A stretch of 64,000 bases of DNA from Chromatiaceae bacterium (GCA_022340195.1 JAJDOL010000276.1:5565-69564); one strand, 5' to 3'. Counted from the first letter of the stretch, positions 39,620 through 51,971 are shown. Translations and numbers: made by a program. The notes: generated by a model from the sequence alone, not told the origin.

Positions 39620-40666
39620 GTGGCGATCAAGCTTCAGGATCTGGCGGACAGTCTCGGCGTCGAGCTGCGCGGGGACGGTGAAGCTCGTGTTCGTCGGGTC
39701 GAAACCCTGGAACGGGCCGATGGTGAATGTCTCTGCTTCTTCGGCGACCGCCGATACCGCGCCGCGCTGAGCGCGACCCGTGCTGGGGCCGTGATCCTGG
39801 CGGATAATGACGAGCGGCTCTGCCCGGTCGCGGCCTTGGTAAGTGCGAATCCTTACCTTACCTACGCCTGGGCGGCGCGGATGCTGCATCCGGTACCGGC
39901 GGTTACCGGGGGCCGCCATCCGAGCGCAGTCGTCGCCGAAAGCGCCAACGTCGATCCGTCCGCGTGGATCGGCGCCACCGCTGTTGTGGAGGGAGACGCG
40001 GAAATCCGACCGCGGGCCTTTGTCGGTCCGGGCAGTATCGTCGGCTCCGGATGCCGAATCGGCGAGGACAGTCGGCTCGTCGCAAGGGTCACCTTGTGTC
40101 AAGGCACACGGATCGGGAAGCGGGCGTTGATACATCCAGGTGCGGTCATAGGCCGCGAGGGCTTCGGGTTTGCGAAGGACGGGGAGCGTTGGGTGCGCAT
40201 TCCACAATTGGGTGGAGTCTGGCTCGGAGATGACGTGGAGGTCGGCGCGAACACAACGATCGATCGGGGTGCCATCGAGGATACGCTGATCGCAGATGGC
40301 GCGAAACTGGACAACCTCATCCAGATCGGACACAACTGCAGCATCGGCGAGAACACAGCGATGGCCGCCTGCTCGGGAGTCTCCGGTTCCACGAAAATCG
40401 GTAGCAACTGTACCATCGGTGGGGCCGTCGGCATGGCGGGGCACCTTTCGATCGGGGACGGCGTCCACTTCACTGGAATGGCCATGGTTACTCGTTCCTT
40501 TACCGAGCCCGGTGTTTACAGCAGCGGAATTCCAGCCATGCCGAGCGTCGAGTGGCGGCGCAGTGCGGCTCGTTTCCGGCACCTGGATGAGCTCGCCCGG
40601 CGACTGAGGGACTTGGAAGAAAAACTGAAACAAACGAATACCGAGCCGCGGCAGGAGCCGGAGTGA
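39620..40666 (+). CDS. lpxD: UDP-3-O-acyl-glucosamine N-acyltransferase
   Basis: Hexapeptide repeats, [32 protein letters not shown]. Confidence 0.98.
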   Translation: MAIKLQDLADSLGVELRGDGEARVRRVETLERADGECLCFFGDRRYRAALSATRAGAVILADNDERLCPVAALVSANPYLTYAWAARMLHPVPAVTGGRHPSAVVAESANVDPSAWIGATAVVEGDAEIRPRAFVGPGSIVGSGCRIGEDSRLVARVTLCQGTRIGKRALIHPGAVIGREGFGFAKDGERWVRIPQLGGVWLGDDVEVGANTTIDRGAIEDTLIADGAKLDNLIQIGHNCSIGENTAMAACSGVSGSTKIGSNCTIGGAVGMAGHLSIGDGVHFTGMAMVTRSFTEPGVYSSGIPAMPSVEWRRSAARFRHLDELARRLRDLEEKLKQTNTEPRQEPE

Positions 40667-40730
40667 AGTCAGGTTCGGCGCTGGCCGGTCCGCGAACGGC
40701 AACCGGTCCCCCGGAACATCGGAGGTAGCA

Positions 40731-41174
40731 TTGAGCAAGATGGATATCCACAAGGTGTTGAGCCTGTTGCCGCACCGCTATCCCTTTCTTTTGATCGATC
40801 GAGTAGTCGACTACAAAGCGAACGAATATCTGATTGCCTATAAGAACGTGACCTTCAACGAACCCTATTTCGCCGGTCATTTTCCGGTGCGTCCCGTTAT
40901 GCCCGGCGTGCTGATCGTAGAGGCCATGGCTCAGGCGACAGGCCTGCTGGCGATGGAATCCCGACCCGACGAAGTGGGGGAGAAGGCGTTGTATTATCTC
41001 GCAGGGATAGACAAGGCACGCTTCAAGCGCACGGTCGAGCCAGGAGATCAGCTGACGATCGACGTGCGGCTGGGGAAGGTGCGTCGGGGCGTCTGGCTGT
41101 TCAGCGGCGAGGCGCGTGTGGACGGCCAGATCGCCGCCACGGCAGACATCATGTGCACGGCCCGCGACTCTTGA
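40731..41174 (+). CDS. fabZ: 3-hydroxyacyl-ACP dehydratase
   Basis: [37 protein letters not shown]. Confidence 0.99.
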   Translation: MSKMDIHKVLSLLPHRYPFLLIDRVVDYKANEYLIAYKNVTFNEPYFAGHFPVRPVMPGVLIVEAMAQATGLLAMESRPDEVGEKALYYLAGIDKARFKRTVEPGDQLTIDVRLGKVRRGVWLFSGEARVDGQIAATADIMCTARDS

Positions 41175-41941
41175 GCTCGATTCACCCCAGCGCAATCGTA
41201 GACCCTGCAGCCGGGCTGGATTCCCGCGTCACCGTCGGTCCCTATGCCATCATCGGTCCAGATGTCCGAATCGGGGCCGGCAGCAGCATCGGACCCCATG
41301 CGGTGATCCGCGGACCGACGAGAATCGGGACCGATAATCGGATATTTCAGTTCGCCTCCGTAGGTGAGGAACCCCAGGATAAAAAGTACCGCGGCGAAGA
41401 GACCTTTCTTACGATCGGCGACCGCAATGTGATCCGCGAGTACGCGACCCTGCACCGGGGGACGGCGCAGGATACCGGGGAAACCCGTATCGGTAGCGGT
41501 AACCTCTTCATGGCCTACAGCCATGTCGCCCACGATTGCCGAATCGGCGACAATGTGATCATGGCGAACGCGGCCTCCCTGGCCGGTCATGTTCAGGTGC
41601 AGGATTGGGCCATTCTCGGGGGGTTTACCATTGTCCACCAATTTTGCCGGATCGGGGCCCACTGCTTTTGCGCCATGGGGTCGGTCGTAACCAAGGATGT
41701 TCCGCCCTATGTGATCATAGGTGGCCATCCGGCCGAGCCCCGTGGCATCAATGTCGAGGGGTTGCGTCGAAGGGAGGTCGACGCGGAGAGCATTCAACAG
41801 CTCAAGAGCGCGTTCAAGCTGCTCTACATGTCCAATCGCAAGTTGGAGGATGCCGTCGCGGCGATGCGAGCCCTGGGCAGCACGCGAGTGGACGAGATTG
41901 CAGACTTCGTCGCCGACAGATCCCGCAGCATTGTGCGGTGA
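41171..41941 (+). CDS. lpxA: UDP-N-acetylglucosamine O-acyltransferase
   Basis: IHPSAIV, PQDKKY, HRGT, HVAHDC, LAGHV, VHQF. Confidence 0.98.
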   Translation: MSSIHPSAIVDPAAGLDSRVTVGPYAIIGPDVRIGAGSSIGPHAVIRGPTRIGTDNRIFQFASVGEEPQDKKYRGEETFLTIGDRNVIREYATLHRGTAQDTGETRIGSGNLFMAYSHVAHDCRIGDNVIMANAASLAGHVQVQDWAILGGFTIVHQFCRIGAHCFCAMGSVVTKDVPPYVIIGGHPAEPRGINVEGLRRREVDAESIQQLKSAFKLLYMSNRKLEDAVAAMRALGSTRVDEIADFVADRSRSIVR

Positions 41942-43086
41942 AGATAGGCATCGTCGCCAACGAGCCCTCGGGGGATTGGCTGGGGGCGGCCGTGGTGCGC
42001 GGGTTGAAGGAGCAGGTACCGGATGCGCGCTTCTTGGGTGTCGCCGGGCCTCAGATGCAAGCGGCCGGCTGTGAGACCCTCGTGTCGATGGAACGGTTGT
42101 CGGTCATGGGGCTGACAGAGGTAATGCGGCATTTGCGCGAGCTCCTGCGCATCCGCGGCGATCTGATGAGGTATTTCCTCGACTGGCGGCCCGATGTTTT
42201 CATCGGCGTGGACGCACCTGATTTCAATCTGGGTCTCGAACGGCGCTTGCGCAAGACCGGAATCCGCACCGTCCACCTCGTGAGTCCCACTGTCTGGGCC
42301 TGGCGAGCGGGACGCGTGAGGACCATCCGCCGTTCAGTGGACCTGATGCTGAGTATCTTTCCATTCGAACAGGACTTTCTGCGTGAGCAGGGGGTCACAG
42401 CCCGTTACATCGGCCACCCGCTTGCGGACGCGATCCCACTGCGGTGCGATCCTTCCGAGGCGCGCGCACAGCTCGAGTTGCCGCCTCAGGGCGCGATCGT
42501 GGCCCTGCTTCCAGGCAGTCGCGTCAGCGAAGTGCGGCTGCTCGCAGAGCCTTTTTTGGAGACCGCCCGCTGGTGTTTCGAGCGCAGCCCCGGGCTTCAT
42601 TTCGCCGTCCCCTTGGTGACGCCGACCTTGCGCGGGATGTTCGAGCGCGCCCTGCAAAGCAAGGCCCCGGATCTCCCGATCAAGCTCATTGCCAACCGCA
42701 GTCGAGAGGTGATTGCAGCCGCTGACTGCGTGCTCACCGCATCGGGGACGGCGACCCTGGAGACCTTGCTCATCAACCGGCCGATGGTAGTCGGTTATCG
42801 GATGAGTCCCGTTACCTTCCGCCTTCTATCGGGCCTGAATCTGGTGAAAGTGCCCTATGCCGCCATGGCCAATCTGCTGGTCGGCCGTGAGCTGGCACCC
42901 GAGTTTATTCAAGACCGCTGCCGGGCGGACCTGATGGGACCCGCCGTACTCGCTTTCCTTGAGGATACGGATCGGGTACGTGAGGTGCAGTCGGCCTATC
43001 GGGAGGTCCATGGTGAGTTGCGCCGTGACGCCGGCCGTGCGGCCGCCGCTGCCATACTGGATCTTGTTCGTGGAGACAGGTCGTGA
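41938..43086 (+). CDS. lpxB: lipid-A-disaccharide synthase
   Basis: [45 protein letters not shown]; GTGA overlap with lpxA stop. Confidence 0.97.
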   Translation: MKIGIVANEPSGDWLGAAVVRGLKEQVPDARFLGVAGPQMQAAGCETLVSMERLSVMGLTEVMRHLRELLRIRGDLMRYFLDWRPDVFIGVDAPDFNLGLERRLRKTGIRTVHLVSPTVWAWRAGRVRTIRRSVDLMLSIFPFEQDFLREQGVTARYIGHPLADAIPLRCDPSEARAQLELPPQGAIVALLPGSRVSEVRLLAEPFLETARWCFERSPGLHFAVPLVTPTLRGMFERALQSKAPDLPIKLIANRSREVIAAADCVLTASGTATLETLLINRPMVVGYRMSPVTFRLLSGLNLVKVPYAAMANLLVGRELAPEFIQDRCRADLMGPAVLAFLEDTDRVREVQSAYREVHGELRRDAGRAAAAAILDLVRGDRS

Positions 43087-43655
43087 GCAGCGTGCCGTAC
43101 ATTGCCGGTGTGGACGAGGCGGGACGGGGGCCTTTGGCAGGTCCAGTGGCGGCCGCGGCCGTGATTCTGGATCCGAATGAACCGATCTGCGGCCTTGCCG
43201 ACTCCAAGTGCCTTACGCCGCGGCGGCGGGAGTTGCTGGATACCCTGATTCGAGACCGGGCCTTGGCCTACGCGGTCGCCTTTGCCACGGTCGAAGAGAT
43301 TGATCGAAACAATATACTGCAGGCATCGCTGTTGGCCATGAAGCGCGCCGTGGAGAATCTGGGTATTGCCCCGCAGCGTACGTTGGTAGACGGCAACCGC
43401 TGTCCCCAGTTAGCGTGCGATGTCCAGGCCGTGGTAGCTGGTGATTCCAGTGTTGCTGTCATCAGCGCGGCATCTATCCTGGCCAAGGTCGCCCGCGATC
43501 GGGAAATGCGTGTGCTGGATGATCGATTTCCGGGCTATGGTTTTGCTCGGCACAAGGGATATCCGACGCGGGAGCACATCTCGGCTTTGCGCGAGCTAGG
43601 ACCTTGCGAGCAGCACCGGCGCTCTTTCCGTCCGGTGCGAGAGCTGCTGGGGTAA
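43083..43655 (+). CDS. rnhB: ribonuclease HII
   Basis: [45 protein letters not shown]. Confidence 0.98.
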   Translation: MSSVPYIAGVDEAGRGPLAGPVAAAAVILDPNEPICGLADSKCLTPRRRELLDTLIRDRALAYAVAFATVEEIDRNNILQASLLAMKRAVENLGIAPQRTLVDGNRCPQLACDVQAVVAGDSSVAVISAASILAKVARDREMRVLDDRFPGYGFARHKGYPTREHISALRELGPCEQHRRSFRPVRELLG

Positions 43656-43737
43656 AAGAGCGCCTTTTTTTCGATGTTTTGTGCGTCGTTGAGGTTTGTC
43701 ATCGGTTTTGGTTATAGATCGAGGAGTCCATGCCACT

Positions 43738-44265
43738 ATGAAGTCGGTCGCATTCCATTTTGCTGCCTTGTGCCTATGCGTCGCTGCCGCTGCCTGCTCC
43801 GCCGGTCGGGGCGACGAGCCGCTCACGGCCCTCTCGGACCCGACTGCGGCGCCCGAGTTCGATCTCGCCCAACCGGACGGCACCCGGGTCCGTCTCGCAG
43901 ACTACCGAGGTAAGCCCCTTGTCGTGAACTTCTGGGCCACCTGGTGCCCACCCTGTCGTGCCGAGATGCCGTCGTTGCAGCGAGCCTGGGAGCAGCTCGC
44001 GAGAGAAGGCATCGGCGTCGTTGCCATCAATGTCGGAGAGGATGCGGACACCATCGCGCAATTTACTTCGACCTCCCCCGTCACTTTTCCGCTGCCGATG
44101 GATACCGACTCCCGGGTCGTCCAGGCCTGGCCGGTACGCGGACTTCCGACGACCTTCGTGGTCGATCCGAAAGGCAGGCTCGCTTATGTCGCCATGGGGG
44201 AGCGCGAGTGGGATGACCCGGCCTTGCTGGATCTGGTGCGGGCCTTGAAGGCAAACGCGAACTAG
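43738..44265 (+). CDS. TlpA-family thiol:disulfide reductase (probable lipoprotein)
   Basis: VNFWATWCPPCRAEMP, GLPTTFVVD; signal peptide with AAAC. Confidence 0.93.
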   Translation: MKSVAFHFAALCLCVAAAACSAGRGDEPLTALSDPTAAPEFDLAQPDGTRVRLADYRGKPLVVNFWATWCPPCRAEMPSLQRAWEQLAREGIGVVAINVGEDADTIAQFTSTSPVTFPLPMDTDSRVVQAWPVRGLPTTFVVDPKGRLAYVAMGEREWDDPALLDLVRALKANAN

Positions 44266-44285
44266 CCTGGATTTTTTCTAACCTC

Positions 44286-44423
44286 ACACGAAGATGCGAA
44301 AAGCACGAAGAGAACGTGGCGCTCGGGCTCTGCCCGAAGGAGCAGGGCGTTCGCGCTGTTCCCCGACCGTCAAGTGTTTTTCAACGCTAGACCGGACTCT
44401 TCGCACGCTTCGTGCCTTCACGG
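44286..44423. repeat. imperfect inverted repeat built of 8-9-nt CACGAAG-like units (REP-like hairpin)
   Basis: Left ACACGAAGATGCGAAAAGCACGAAGAG; right CTCTTCGCACGCTTCGTGCCTTCACGG. Confidence 0.6.
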
Positions 44424-44448
44424 AAAACTATACGAACAGGTCCCACGC

Positions 44449-47400
44449 GTGACGCCGGTTTCCCAATTCGTCCATCTTTGCGTCCATTCGGAGTACTCGC
44501 TGGTCGACGGCCTGGTACGCATCAAGCCCCTCGTCGCGGCCGCAGCGGCAAACCAAATGCCGGCTATTGCGGTCACGGACCAGTCCAACCTTTTTTGTCT
44601 TGTGCGCTTTTATGAGGCGGCCGCAGCGGCAGGCATCAAGCCCATCGCCGGGTCGGACCTGTGGGTCCGCGACCAGGACGACGCCAACAAGCCTTTCCGA
44701 CTGCTGCTATTGGTCCAGAACAGGACCGGTTATCTGAATCTGACCCGGCTCATCTCTCGCGCCTATTTGGAGGGTCAGCACCTGGGCGTGCCCCAGGTCG
44801 AACGGAATTGGGTAGAGGATGCGGCCGAGGGACTTATTGCCCTTTCGGGTGGTCTTCAGAGCGATGTGGCTCGCGCGCTTCTCGGGGGCGACCAGGGCCG
44901 GACGGATGCAGTTCTCGATCGTTGGCTGGAGGTTTTCGGCAATCGCTATTACCTGGAGCTTGTTCGTACCGGTCGGGAGAACGAGTCCGCGTACACTGAG
45001 CGCTGCGTTGAGCTGGCCGCCCGCAAGGGCGTGCCCGTTGTTGCGACAAACGACGTGCGGTTTCTGGCGCCCGAGGACTTCGAGGTGCACGAGGCCCGAG
45101 TCTGCATCCATGATGGCCGCACCTTGGATGATCCACGCCGGCCCCGCCTCTACAGCGCAGAGCAATACCTGCGCTCCCCGGGGGAGATGGCCGAGCTCTT
45201 CGCCGACATCCCGGAGGCCCTCGAGAACAGCGTCGAGATCGCCAAGCGCTGCAACCTGGAGCTAACCCTCGGCAAGAGCTTCCTCCCCGACTTTCCTATC
45301 CCGGATGACATGACGATGGAGGAGTACTTCGCCGCGGAGTCCAAGAAAGGGCTGCAACGGCGCATGGAGCGCATCATGGGGACCGACGCGCCTGAAATCG
45401 GAGAGCGGCGCAAGGTTTACGGCGAGCGCCTGCAACTCGAGCTCGACGTCATCAATCAGATGGGTTTCCCAGGGTACTTTCTGATCGTCGCCGACTTCAT
45501 CCGGTGGGCCAAAGAAAACGGTATTCCCGTTGGGCCCGGACGCGGATCGGGCGCCGGCTCCTTGGTAGCCTATGCGCTGCAGATAACGGACCTGGACCCG
45601 ATCGAGCACGACCTCTTGTTCGAGCGCTTTCTGAATCCCGAGCGCGTGTCCATGCCGGATTTCGATGTGGACTTCTGCATGGAGAACCGGGATCGGGTCA
45701 TCGACTATGTGGCCGAACGTTACGGGCGCGACGCCGTCTCGCAGATCATCACCTTCGGCACCATGGCCGCCAAGGCCGTCGTACGCGACGTGGGTCGGGT
45801 TATGGGTCATCCCTACGGCATGGTGGATCGAATCGCCAAGATGGTGCCGTTCGAGCTTGGCATGACGCTAAACAAGGCTCTGGAGGAAAGCCAGGATCTC
45901 AAGCATGCCTACGAGGACGAAGAGGAGGTCCAAGCCATCATCGACATGGCCCGCAAGCTGGAGGGTCTTGCTCGCAACGCCGGCAAGCACGCCGGTGGTG
46001 TCGTCATCGCGCCGACCGTGTTGACCGATTTCGTCCCGCTCTACTGCGAGTCCGGAGGCGAGAACCTGGTTACACAGTTCGACAAGGACGATGTGGAGCG
46101 CGCCGGTCTTGTCAAATTCGACTTTCTGGGGCTGCGTACCCTGACCATCATCGATTGGGCGCTGAAGACCGTCAATGGGGCTCGAAGCCGAGCGGACAAG
46201 CCGCCGATCGACATCAGCGCTATCGCCATGGACGATCCCGATGCCTTCGCCCTGCTCAAACGCTGTGAGACCACCGCCGTTTTCCAGCTCGAGTCGCGTG
46301 GCATGAAGGAGCTGATCAAGAAGCTGCAGCCGGACCGATTCGATGACATCACGGCTCTGGTGGCCCTGTTTCGTCCGGGTCCCCTGCAGTCCGGCATGGT
46401 GGACGACTTCATCGACCGCAAGCACGGCAGAGCCGAGGTCGCTTATCCTCACCCTGACCTGGAGCCTATCCTCAAGCCTACCTACGGCGTCATCCTGTAC
46501 CAGGAGCAGGTCATGCAGATCGCCCAGGTCCTGGCGGGCTATACCCTGGGGGGGGCGGACCTGTTGCGCCGCGCGATGGGCAAAAAGAAGCCCGCGGAGA
46601 TGGCCAAGCAACGGGGCATCTTCCATGACGGTGCGGTGCAGCGTGGCGTCGCACCGGAGACCGCCACCTATATCTTCGACCTGATGGAGAAGTTCGCGGG
46701 TTACGGCTTTAACAAATCCCACAGCGCCGCTTATGCTCTGGTTGCTTATCAAACCCTGTGGCTCAAGGCCCACTACCCGGCGGCCTTCATGGCGGCCGTG
46801 CTGAGTGCGGACATGGACAACACCGACAAGGTGGTGACCCTGATCGACGAGTGCCGGGAGATGAAGCTCAGGGTCGAGGCGCCGGCCATCAATCGATCCG
46901 AGTACATGTTTACGATCGCAGACGAGGGGGCCGTCGTCTACGGCTTGGGCGCCATCAAAGGCGTGGGCGAGTCCGCCATCGCGGCCATACTTCAAGCGCG
47001 CCGCGATGGCGTACCCTTCAAGGACATCTGGGATTGCTGCCGCCGCATCGATCTGCACAAGGCCAATCGCCGTGTGCTCGAGGCCCTGATCCGAGCCGGC
47101 GCCTTGGACGGATTGGCGGAGAATCGGGCAACCCTGACGGCACAGCTGCCCATGGCTATCAAGATGGCCGAGCAGCACAAGGAGACTCAGGCGGCCGGGC
47201 AGGCGGACCTGTTCGGCGCCGTCGATTCGGGCGTGGTGGCGGAACCGGATCCTCAGCTTGTCGCCCGTACCTGGGGGGAGTGGGAGGAGGAGCAACGCCT
47301 GCAAGGTGAGAAGGAGACGCTGGGGCTTTATCTTACCGGGCATCCGATCAACCGGGTCGATGCGGAGCTCGATGCCATGACTGGCACCCGCATTGGGGCG

Positions 47401-48021
47401 CTGCTGCAGACGCCTCAAGGCCAAAACGAGCGGGAGAAGCGTACGCTCGCTGGGTTGGTGGTAGGGGTTCGTCACGGTAAGACGCAGCGCGGACGTATGG
47501 GCACCGTGATGTTGGATGACCGCACAGGGCGTATAGAGGTCACCTGTTTTTCCGAGGTCTATGAGGAGGTGCGAGACGTTCTGGTGGCGGACAACATTCT
47601 TGTCGTAAGCGGCTCCTTGAGCTTCGACGAATTCCGTGACGGCTGGTCCCTGCGTGCCGACAGGGTCCGAACTTTGGAGCAGGCGCGGCTCGACCTCGCC
47701 GACCATCTCTCCCTGGTGCTGGATTTGAGCGACACGGCCGCTCACGCACGTGGCCAGTCCCTTGTAGCCGAGCTGCGTACTGTCTTCGGCACCTTCAGTG
47801 GCATGGGTCTACCCGTGTACATCGACTACTATCGACCCGGCGCCCGTGCCCGCCTGGTACTAGGCAGCGATTGGCGGGTGCGGCCGACCGACGAGCTGCT
47901 CAAGCGGCTGCGCTGCATCTTGGGCGACGATGCGGTTCGGGTATCGTACGAGCGAGGCGGCATCAACCGCTCGGCCGGTATCATCCCGGAATCACCGCCG
48001 CGACTGGCCTTGGTCGAATGA
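44449..48021 (+). CDS. dnaE: DNA polymerase III alpha subunit
   Basis: [61 protein letters not shown]; no intein seen. Confidence 0.99.
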   Translation: MTPVSQFVHLCVHSEYSLVDGLVRIKPLVAAAAANQMPAIAVTDQSNLFCLVRFYEAAAAAGIKPIAGSDLWVRDQDDANKPFRLLLLVQNRTGYLNLTRLISRAYLEGQHLGVPQVERNWVEDAAEGLIALSGGLQSDVARALLGGDQGRTDAVLDRWLEVFGNRYYLELVRTGRENESAYTERCVELAARKGVPVVATNDVRFLAPEDFEVHEARVCIHDGRTLDDPRRPRLYSAEQYLRSPGEMAELFADIPEALENSVEIAKRCNLELTLGKSFLPDFPIPDDMTMEEYFAAESKKGLQRRMERIMGTDAPEIGERRKVYGERLQLELDVINQMGFPGYFLIVADFIRWAKENGIPVGPGRGSGAGSLVAYALQITDLDPIEHDLLFERFLNPERVSMPDFDVDFCMENRDRVIDYVAERYGRDAVSQIITFGTMAAKAVVRDVGRVMGHPYGMVDRIAKMVPFELGMTLNKALEESQDLKHAYEDEEEVQAIIDMARKLEGLARNAGKHAGGVVIAPTVLTDFVPLYCESGGENLVTQFDKDDVERAGLVKFDFLGLRTLTIIDWALKTVNGARSRADKPPIDISAIAMDDPDAFALLKRCETTAVFQLESRGMKELIKKLQPDRFDDITALVALFRPGPLQSGMVDDFIDRKHGRAEVAYPHPDLEPILKPTYGVILYQEQVMQIAQVLAGYTLGGADLLRRAMGKKKPAEMAKQRGIFHDGAVQRGVAPETATYIFDLMEKFAGYGFNKSHSAAYALVAYQTLWLKAHYPAAFMAAVLSADMDNTDKVVTLIDECREMKLRVEAPAINRSEYMFTIADEGAVVYGLGAIKGVGESAIAAILQARRDGVPFKDIWDCCRRIDLHKANRRVLEALIRAGALDGLAENRATLTAQLPMAIKMAEQHKETQAAGQADLFGAVDSGVVAEPDPQLVARTWGEWEEEQRLQGEKETLGLYLTGHPINRVDAELDAMTGTRIGALLQTPQGQNEREKRTLAGLVVGVRHGKTQRGRMGTVMLDDRTGRIEVTCFSEVYEEVRDVLVADNILVVSGSLSFDEFRDGWSLRADRVRTLEQARLDLADHLSLVLDLSDTAAHARGQSLVAELRTVFGTFSGMGLPVYIDYYRPGARARLVLGSDWRVRPTDELLKRLRCILGDDAVRVSYERGGINRSAGIIPESPPRLALVE

Positions 48022-48986
48022 CTATCGAGACGGGGATCGATTTTCTCGATTTCGAACGTCCGATCGCAGAGCTCGAGGCGAAGATCGAGGAGCTGCGGCA
48101 CGTCGGCGACGATAACGAGATCAACATCGAGGACGAGATAGAGCGACTCGAGACCAAGAGCCAGGCTCTGACCGAATCCATCTTCTCCAAGCTCACCCCT
48201 TGGCAGATCTCTCAGCTCTCGCGGCATCCCCAGCGGCCTTACCTGATGGACTATGTCCTGCGCATCTTCGACGACTTCCAGGAGCTGCACGGTGACCGTA
48301 CCTTTGCCGACGATCATGCCATCATCGGCGGCCTCGGCCGGCTCGAAGGGCGTTCTGTGATGATTATCGGTCACCAGAAAGGCCGCGACACCAAGGACAA
48401 GATCTTTCGCAACTTCGGCATGCCCCGACCGGAAGGTTATCGTAAGGCCTTGCGGCTGATGACATTGGCCGAGCGCTTCCGCCTGCCGGTCCTCACCTTC
48501 ATCGACACGCCGGGTGCCTATCCCGGTGTAGGCGCGGAGGAGCGGGGGCAGAGCGAGGCCATTGCCCGCAACCTGCAGGCGATGGTGTACCTGCGCACGC
48601 CCATTCTGTGTACCGTTATCGGTGAAGGTGGCTCCGGCGGCGCCCTGGCCATTGGGGTTGGGGATCGGGTGATGATGCTCCAGTACAGCACCTATTCGGT
48701 GATCTCGCCCGAGGGATGCGCCTCCATTCTTTGGAAGAGCGCCGAAAAGGCCCAGCTTGCCGCCGAGGCAATGGCCATCACGTCGGAAAAGCTCAAAGAC
48801 CTGGGGTTGATCGACGACATCATTCCCGAGCCCAGAGGCGGTGCCCATCGGGATCCGGATACCGTCGCGTCGAGCCTGAAGATGGCCCTCGCGAGAAACC
48901 TCGAAGTAATCCGAGATCAGGATATAGATGCCTTGCTCGCGCTACGCTACGAACGCGTACTGGGGTACGGTCGGTACAGCGAGTAA
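48018..48986 (+). CDS. accA: acetyl-CoA carboxylase carboxyltransferase alpha
   Basis: [46 protein letters not shown]. Confidence 0.99.
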   Translation: MTIETGIDFLDFERPIAELEAKIEELRHVGDDNEINIEDEIERLETKSQALTESIFSKLTPWQISQLSRHPQRPYLMDYVLRIFDDFQELHGDRTFADDHAIIGGLGRLEGRSVMIIGHQKGRDTKDKIFRNFGMPRPEGYRKALRLMTLAERFRLPVLTFIDTPGAYPGVGAEERGQSEAIARNLQAMVYLRTPILCTVIGEGGSGGALAIGVGDRVMMLQYSTYSVISPEGCASILWKSAEKAQLAAEAMAITSEKLKDLGLIDDIIPEPRGGAHRDPDTVASSLKMALARNLEVIRDQDIDALLALRYERVLGYGRYSE

Positions 48987-49016
48987 GCACGTCATGTTTT
49001 CGTGGCACCTTGCGCC

Positions 49017-50378
49017 ATGCCTTCGTTTTCACCGGAGCTCCTGCTCCCCCATCTAGCCGCCTTCCGCGGCGCCGAGATCGGATGGATCGCGTACAGCGGC
49101 GGCATGGACTCGGCCGTCCTGCTCTGCGCCCTGGCGTCGGTTCGTGACCGGCTCGCCTTCGAGATCCGTGCCCTGCACGTCGATCATGGTCTGCATCCCG
49201 ACTCTGGGGTCTGGGTGGAGCACTGCGCCCGTACGTGCAGGCGCCTCGGGGTGGCGCTCGAGACCCGCTCCGTCGTCGTGGCGCCTGCCCGGGGCGAGAG
49301 CCTGGAAGCCGTGGCTCGGCAAGCGCGCTACGCGACAATGGCCGAATTGCTGGGGACCGGCGATCTCGTGCTAACCGCCCATCATCGCGACGACCAAGCA
49401 GAGACCCTGCTGCTGGCTCTGATGCGTGGAAGCGGTCCCGCCGGCCTCGCGGCCATGCCGCCGGTAGCGTCCCTCGGGTCTGGACGTTTGGTCAGGCCGC
49501 TGCTGGGGTACGGCCGCGCTATGCTTCTCGACTACGCGAATAGCTTGAACCTGGACTGGTTGGACGATCCGGGAAACCTGGATCCGGGATTCGACCGTAA
49601 CTTCCTCCGCCACCAGGTGTTACCGCTGCTGGCAGAGCGCTGGCCCGCGTGCGCAGCGAGCATTGCGAGAAGCGCGGCCCATTGCGCGGAGGCACAGGAG
49701 CTCATCGATCGCTTCGCCGAGGACGAGCTCTTCAAGCTCGCCGGTCGGCGGCCCGGTACCCTGTCCATTTCCCGCCTTCATGAGCTACCGCTGCCGTTGC
49801 GAAAGACCGTGCTGCGTCGTTGGGTTCGGGAGCGCGGTTTCGCGACGCCGGATTCCAGGCACCTGGGTCGGATCATCTCGGAGGTCATGGCAGCCCGCGT
49901 CGATGCCAATCCCCTGGTCACCTGGCCTGGGTGTGAGGTACGCCGTTACCGTGATGACCTGTACGCCATTGAACCCTTGCCGGCTTTCCCCGCAACAGGT
50001 CCGATTCCTTGGCGCGAGGACGTTCTCTTACTACCGAACGCTTTGGGACGCCTGAAGCTTCTCGCTTCCGATGGACGCGGCGTAGATCCCGCGGCCGTGC
50101 TCGTGGGTGGGTTGGATGTCCTGTTCGGCGCCACCGGCCTTTCCTGTCGAACGACATCGGACGGACATCGGAAATCCCTTAAAAAGCTGTTTCAGGAGGC
50201 GGGCGTGCCGCCTTGGGTACGTCCCTTTGTTCCCCTGATCTTTTTGCGGGGCGACCTGGTCGCAGTCGGCGACCTCTGGGTTTGCCACAACAAGCGCCGG
50301 TCGGGGGAGACGGTATCCAGGATCCGATGGGAGTCAGATCTGCGCCGGTGGTTGCCGCTCGATAGTCTAAGTACCTGA
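49017..50378 (+). CDS. tilS: tRNA(Ile)-lysidine synthetase
   Basis: AYSGGMDS PP-loop, HVDHGL, ARQARY, AHHRDDQAET, RPLL, RNFLRH, LKKLFQE. Confidence 0.97.
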   Translation: MPSFSPELLLPHLAAFRGAEIGWIAYSGGMDSAVLLCALASVRDRLAFEIRALHVDHGLHPDSGVWVEHCARTCRRLGVALETRSVVVAPARGESLEAVARQARYATMAELLGTGDLVLTAHHRDDQAETLLLALMRGSGPAGLAAMPPVASLGSGRLVRPLLGYGRAMLLDYANSLNLDWLDDPGNLDPGFDRNFLRHQVLPLLAERWPACAASIARSAAHCAEAQELIDRFAEDELFKLAGRRPGTLSISRLHELPLPLRKTVLRRWVRERGFATPDSRHLGRIISEVMAARVDANPLVTWPGCEVRRYRDDLYAIEPLPAFPATGPIPWREDVLLLPNALGRLKLLASDGRGVDPAAVLVGGLDVLFGATGLSCRTTSDGHRKSLKKLFQEAGVPPWVRPFVPLIFLRGDLVAVGDLWVCHNKRRSGETVSRIRWESDLRRWLPLDSLST

Positions 50379-50485
50379 GCTCGCCCCATCCCATCCCACT
50401 CCACTCCCGACGCTCCGCATCAGCAAGACGATGCGCGGGCAGGCAGCGACATAGACCCAGATCAAAAAAGCCGCTGCAAAGAGGC

Positions 50486-50796
50486 CGATGGAAGAAGAAC
50501 ATTCGGCCACTGGATTCATCCCTCGAGAAGGTCATGGCACTCGAAGGGGTCAGCTTCAACTGGAAAGTGGAAGACTTTCCCGATCGGGGATTCAGCCGCG
50601 GTCGCCAGATCGGCCTCATCGCTCAGGACGTCGAGGGAGTTCTGCCGGAGCTGGTCCAGACAGACGGGGAAGGCCACGAGGCGGTCGAGTATCAAAAAAT
50701 GGTTGCCGTATGATCGAGGCCGTAAAAGAGCAGCAGCGAACGATTGAGACCTTGTCGCAGAAGGTGATCGCCTTGGAGAAGCGTGAGCTCAGGTGA
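50486..50796 (+). pseudogene. fragment of tail-fibre intramolecular chaperone (peptidase S74) domain, frameshifted
   Basis: RWKKNIRPLDSSLEKVMALEGVSFNWK...QIGLIAQDVEGVLPELV...AVEYQKMVAV, then a frameshift near 50710 into IEAVKEQQRTIETL...; no upstream passenger domain. Confidence 0.8.
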
Positions 50797-50961
50797 TACC
50801 GCTCGCCAGCGCGTTTTCTGCGATCAGCGGGGGATGGATGTGCGAGGACCAGGATGAAGATCGATCCGCCGTTCGATCGAGTCCCGCAGGAAATCCGGGC
50901 CGGCCCTCGAGCTCAGGCCGGCCCGCCTTCCATTTCGAGTGCGAGGGCCGGATGACGATGC

Positions 50962-51825
50962 CTAATAAAGGGCGTTGAGCATCCGGCTGCGGTAGCGGCT
51001 TACCAGCTCGCCCTCGCCGCCGAGCATGGCAAAGACCGTGAGCATGCCCTTGCGACCTGCGTCGTCGTTGAACGCGCGGTCCCTTTTCACCAGCTCGAGC
51101 AGTTGGTCCAGTGCGCCCTCGAAGTCACTACGTGCCAAAAGGTGTGCGGCCAGTTTGTAACGGGCGTCGCTGTCCTTCGGGTCCGCCTCCAATCTGGCAG
51201 TCAGCGTCGATTCCGGAGGCGACTCGTCCCGCAATGCTGCAAAGCTCACCTGGCCTCTCAGGCTCACCACCTCGGGATCCTCGGCCAACTCCCTCGGTAA
51301 GCTATCGAGGATCTCCTGCGCCGCCTGGTTGTTGCCGGCTGCCGCTTGGATTCCCGCCTCGAGCAGACGGACGCGGTCGTTTTCCGGGTCTGCTTCCCTT
51401 ACCGCTTCGATCATCCGGGCGGCACCCTCCAAGTCGCCAGCGCTCAGTAGACCCTGTGCGCGGGCAAGCAGCTGGTCGGATTCACGGGGGAGGTGTTGCT
51501 CCAGAAATTGACGGATTTGGGGCTCGGGTAGGGCACCCATGAATTGGTCGACTGGTCGCCCGTCCTTGAAGAGCTGTACCGTCGGCAGGCTGCGGATGCC
51601 GTATTCGGCGGCAAGCCCCTGCTCTTCCTCCGTGTTCACCTTGGCGACCAGCAGCTTACCGCCGTACGAGTCCGCTATGGATGCCAGTACGGGCATCAAC
51701 ATGCGACAGGGTGCGCACCAATCGGCCCAGAAATCCACCAGTACCGGGCGCTCGTGGGAGCCCTGGACGACGACTTGATGGAAGCTTTCCGTCGTGACTG
51801 AAACGACATGAGGTGAGTTGGCCAT
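50962..51825 (-). CDS. cnoX: thioredoxin-TPR chaperedoxin YbbN/CnoX
   Basis: PVLVDFWADWCAPC, FMGALPE, TPR helices, DRAFNDDAGRK...YRSRMLNALY. Confidence 0.93.
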   Translation of the reverse strand: MANSPHVVSVTTESFHQVVVQGSHERPVLVDFWADWCAPCRMLMPVLASIADSYGGKLLVAKVNTEEEQGLAAEYGIRSLPTVQLFKDGRPVDQFMGALPEPQIRQFLEQHLPRESDQLLARAQGLLSAGDLEGAARMIEAVREADPENDRVRLLEAGIQAAAGNNQAAQEILDSLPRELAEDPEVVSLRGQVSFAALRDESPPESTLTARLEADPKDSDARYKLAAHLLARSDFEGALDQLLELVKRDRAFNDDAGRKGMLTVFAMLGGEGELVSRYRSRMLNALY

Positions 51826-51971
51826 TGTCTTCGTTGCTCCATACTGGAATCTTTCTCAAAACCCGTAAATATGTGTGTAACTGTTTGAATCAAGCGATGG
51901 GCGTTCCGCGAGGAGCGACTCGCCTCATGCTGAGCACAAGGAGGCCGAAATCACGAATCCTATCCGTATCG

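Noticed and set aside
45868-47745. 625-aa antisense ORF inside dnaE (and similar long shadow ORFs over leuA, dxr, rseP, carB, tatC, rpsB)
   Set aside because: Expected antisense open frames in high-GC coding DNA; no recognisable motifs and fully overlapping established genes
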